Of a stretch of DNA of 64,000 nucleotides, positions 62,801-64,000 are shown piece after piece. Both the position numbers and the translations under genes were made by a program. Origin of the DNA: Nymphaea colorata (lineage: Eukaryota). Location of the stretch: the NCBI RefSeq assembly GCF_008831285.2, contig NC_045138.2, positions 22,568,001 to 22,632,000 on the forward strand, written 5' to 3'. The first letter of the stretch is position 1; each line of letters starts with the position of its first letter. The notes beneath the pieces were generated by a model, which was not told the origin of the DNA, made no database searches, and was given only the letters and a program-made list of their open reading frames with translations.

Positions 62801-64000
62801 AAAAAAATTCTCGTTCCGCCCTTGCCTTCACCTAACTTCCAACTTCCAAGACACCTTGTCTTTGAGATGCCTCCAACATTTAACGCATCCTTTGAAGAAC
62901 CTAGAATGCTTCACACTAGCCTTGATTCTCCAAAGCCCTTTTGAGGCATTACATATTTTCTTGTAATAGAGGGCAGCCTAAAAGGAACCTTGGGAACAAA
63001 TTTTATGAGCTAGCCCAGCAACTCTAGCTTTCATCCACTGTTCCTTGCCCTGACTTCGGGGCTAGTAGGTCTATAGATATTTGACCAAGAGATGAGGTGA
63101 TTTTTTTTACTTTGGCTTCCATCATGCTTCACCGAAGAGAGGCAACTACCTCTCCCCTGTGCCCATCACCGTAGGGTTCACAAAGCTTACGTTGGGACTT
63201 ATGATTTGAACCTCACACCTTTCTGAGGTGAACAGTCTTGCCGCGCAGTATGCTATAACCTTTCCAAGTGCATGACAACCAGAACCCTTTTTGGGGAAAC
63301 AAACAAAAAAAGACCACACTGTAGATTATATGCAGGAGTAAGCACAATCAACCGGCATAAGAGGAGGACATTTCTTTCTAGTCGGAAGTCTTTTGTCCAA
63401 CCTCGGAAGGAGAAAACTGCACCACTCTTCCTCATTGTTACCTGCAAACAAAGGTCAACCTAAATACACGCGAGGTAGGCGGCCTAGCTAGCCCTTGGTT
63501 CAACTGCAAAGACAATAGACTCTCTTGAATCTGAGCAATCGAACTACTTGTTGCCAACAGGTTTGTTTGTTATCAATTAGAGGCCTCTAGGATTCCTGGA
63601 CTACAGTTCAACGACACGATTAAAATGCTATGTTTTTAGGAAGACTTGTAGCCAAAATATGGCAAGCATAGATATCGCAGGTGAAAACAAAATTCCTTTC
63701 AATATTTTTTGTCAATCAAGTTGAATGGAGAAAATTATGCGCTATGATCTTCTCAGTTATCTCTTCCTCATAATCAACCATGAACCTTTTTTTTTTTTTT
63801 TAGAGTTGAAAGTACTATAGGTTAAGAAAAAGTATAAAAAAATGCCATTCTAATGGTAACCCAACTCAGATTCTTCTTGGTAATGCCCATCTTAATCTGC
63901 AAAAGATTGAACTTGCTTAACATTTTTAAACGATGAAACTGCAAATATTGCGTCACAAAATAAACCAAAAATGAAGAAAGACAAATGAAACAAACACCAC
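59869..64000. repeat. Segmental tandem duplication, copy 2 (runs off the window end)
   Basis: Colinear with 51084-55148; the window ends at sequence equivalent to about 40 bp downstream of the SDR stop codon. Confidence 0.95.
63130..63261 (-). mobile_element. tRNA-derived SINE copy with clear B box
   Basis: Minus strand AGGTTATAGCATACTGCGCGGCAAG...GGTTCAAATC (B box, plus-strand 63203-63212)...TAAGTCCCAACGTAAGCTTTGTGAACCC. Confidence 0.65.

Overview
Plant (angiosperm) nuclear DNA; the species cannot be determined from the sequence alone. Four intact protein-coding genes are present: the spliceosomal U5 snRNP helicase BRR2 (30534-38585, +, 3 coding exons, ~2173 aa), an intronless CP12-3-like plastid protein (40719-41108, -), a mitochondrial HSP70 (46215-50371, +, 5 exons, ~678 aa) and a neomenthol dehydrogenase/salutaridine reductase-type SDR (55186-59001, -, 5 exons, ~309 aa). 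The ORF track misses a pair of box C/D snoRNA genes at 5931-6166 behind a telo-box promoter. One is U35/snR73-like. The other has a guide matching a 25S rRNA site that is also present in a decayed 25S rDNA fragment at 41641-42004. Transposable elements include a complete but decayed Copia element with non-canonical TG...TA LTRs and an AGATC target-site duplication (TSD) at 12924-18661, an 8.3-kb PIF/Harbinger element (20723-29040) with gene-like cargo and a probable mitochondrial-DNA insert in its transposase intron, LINE remnants, a tRNA-derived SINE family and several MITEs. The last 4.1 kb duplicate the SDR downstream flank (~8.8-kb period), predicting a second SDR copy just beyond the window. 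No clearly new biological system is demonstrable. The unannotated snoRNA pair and the atypical transposons are the most notable items.
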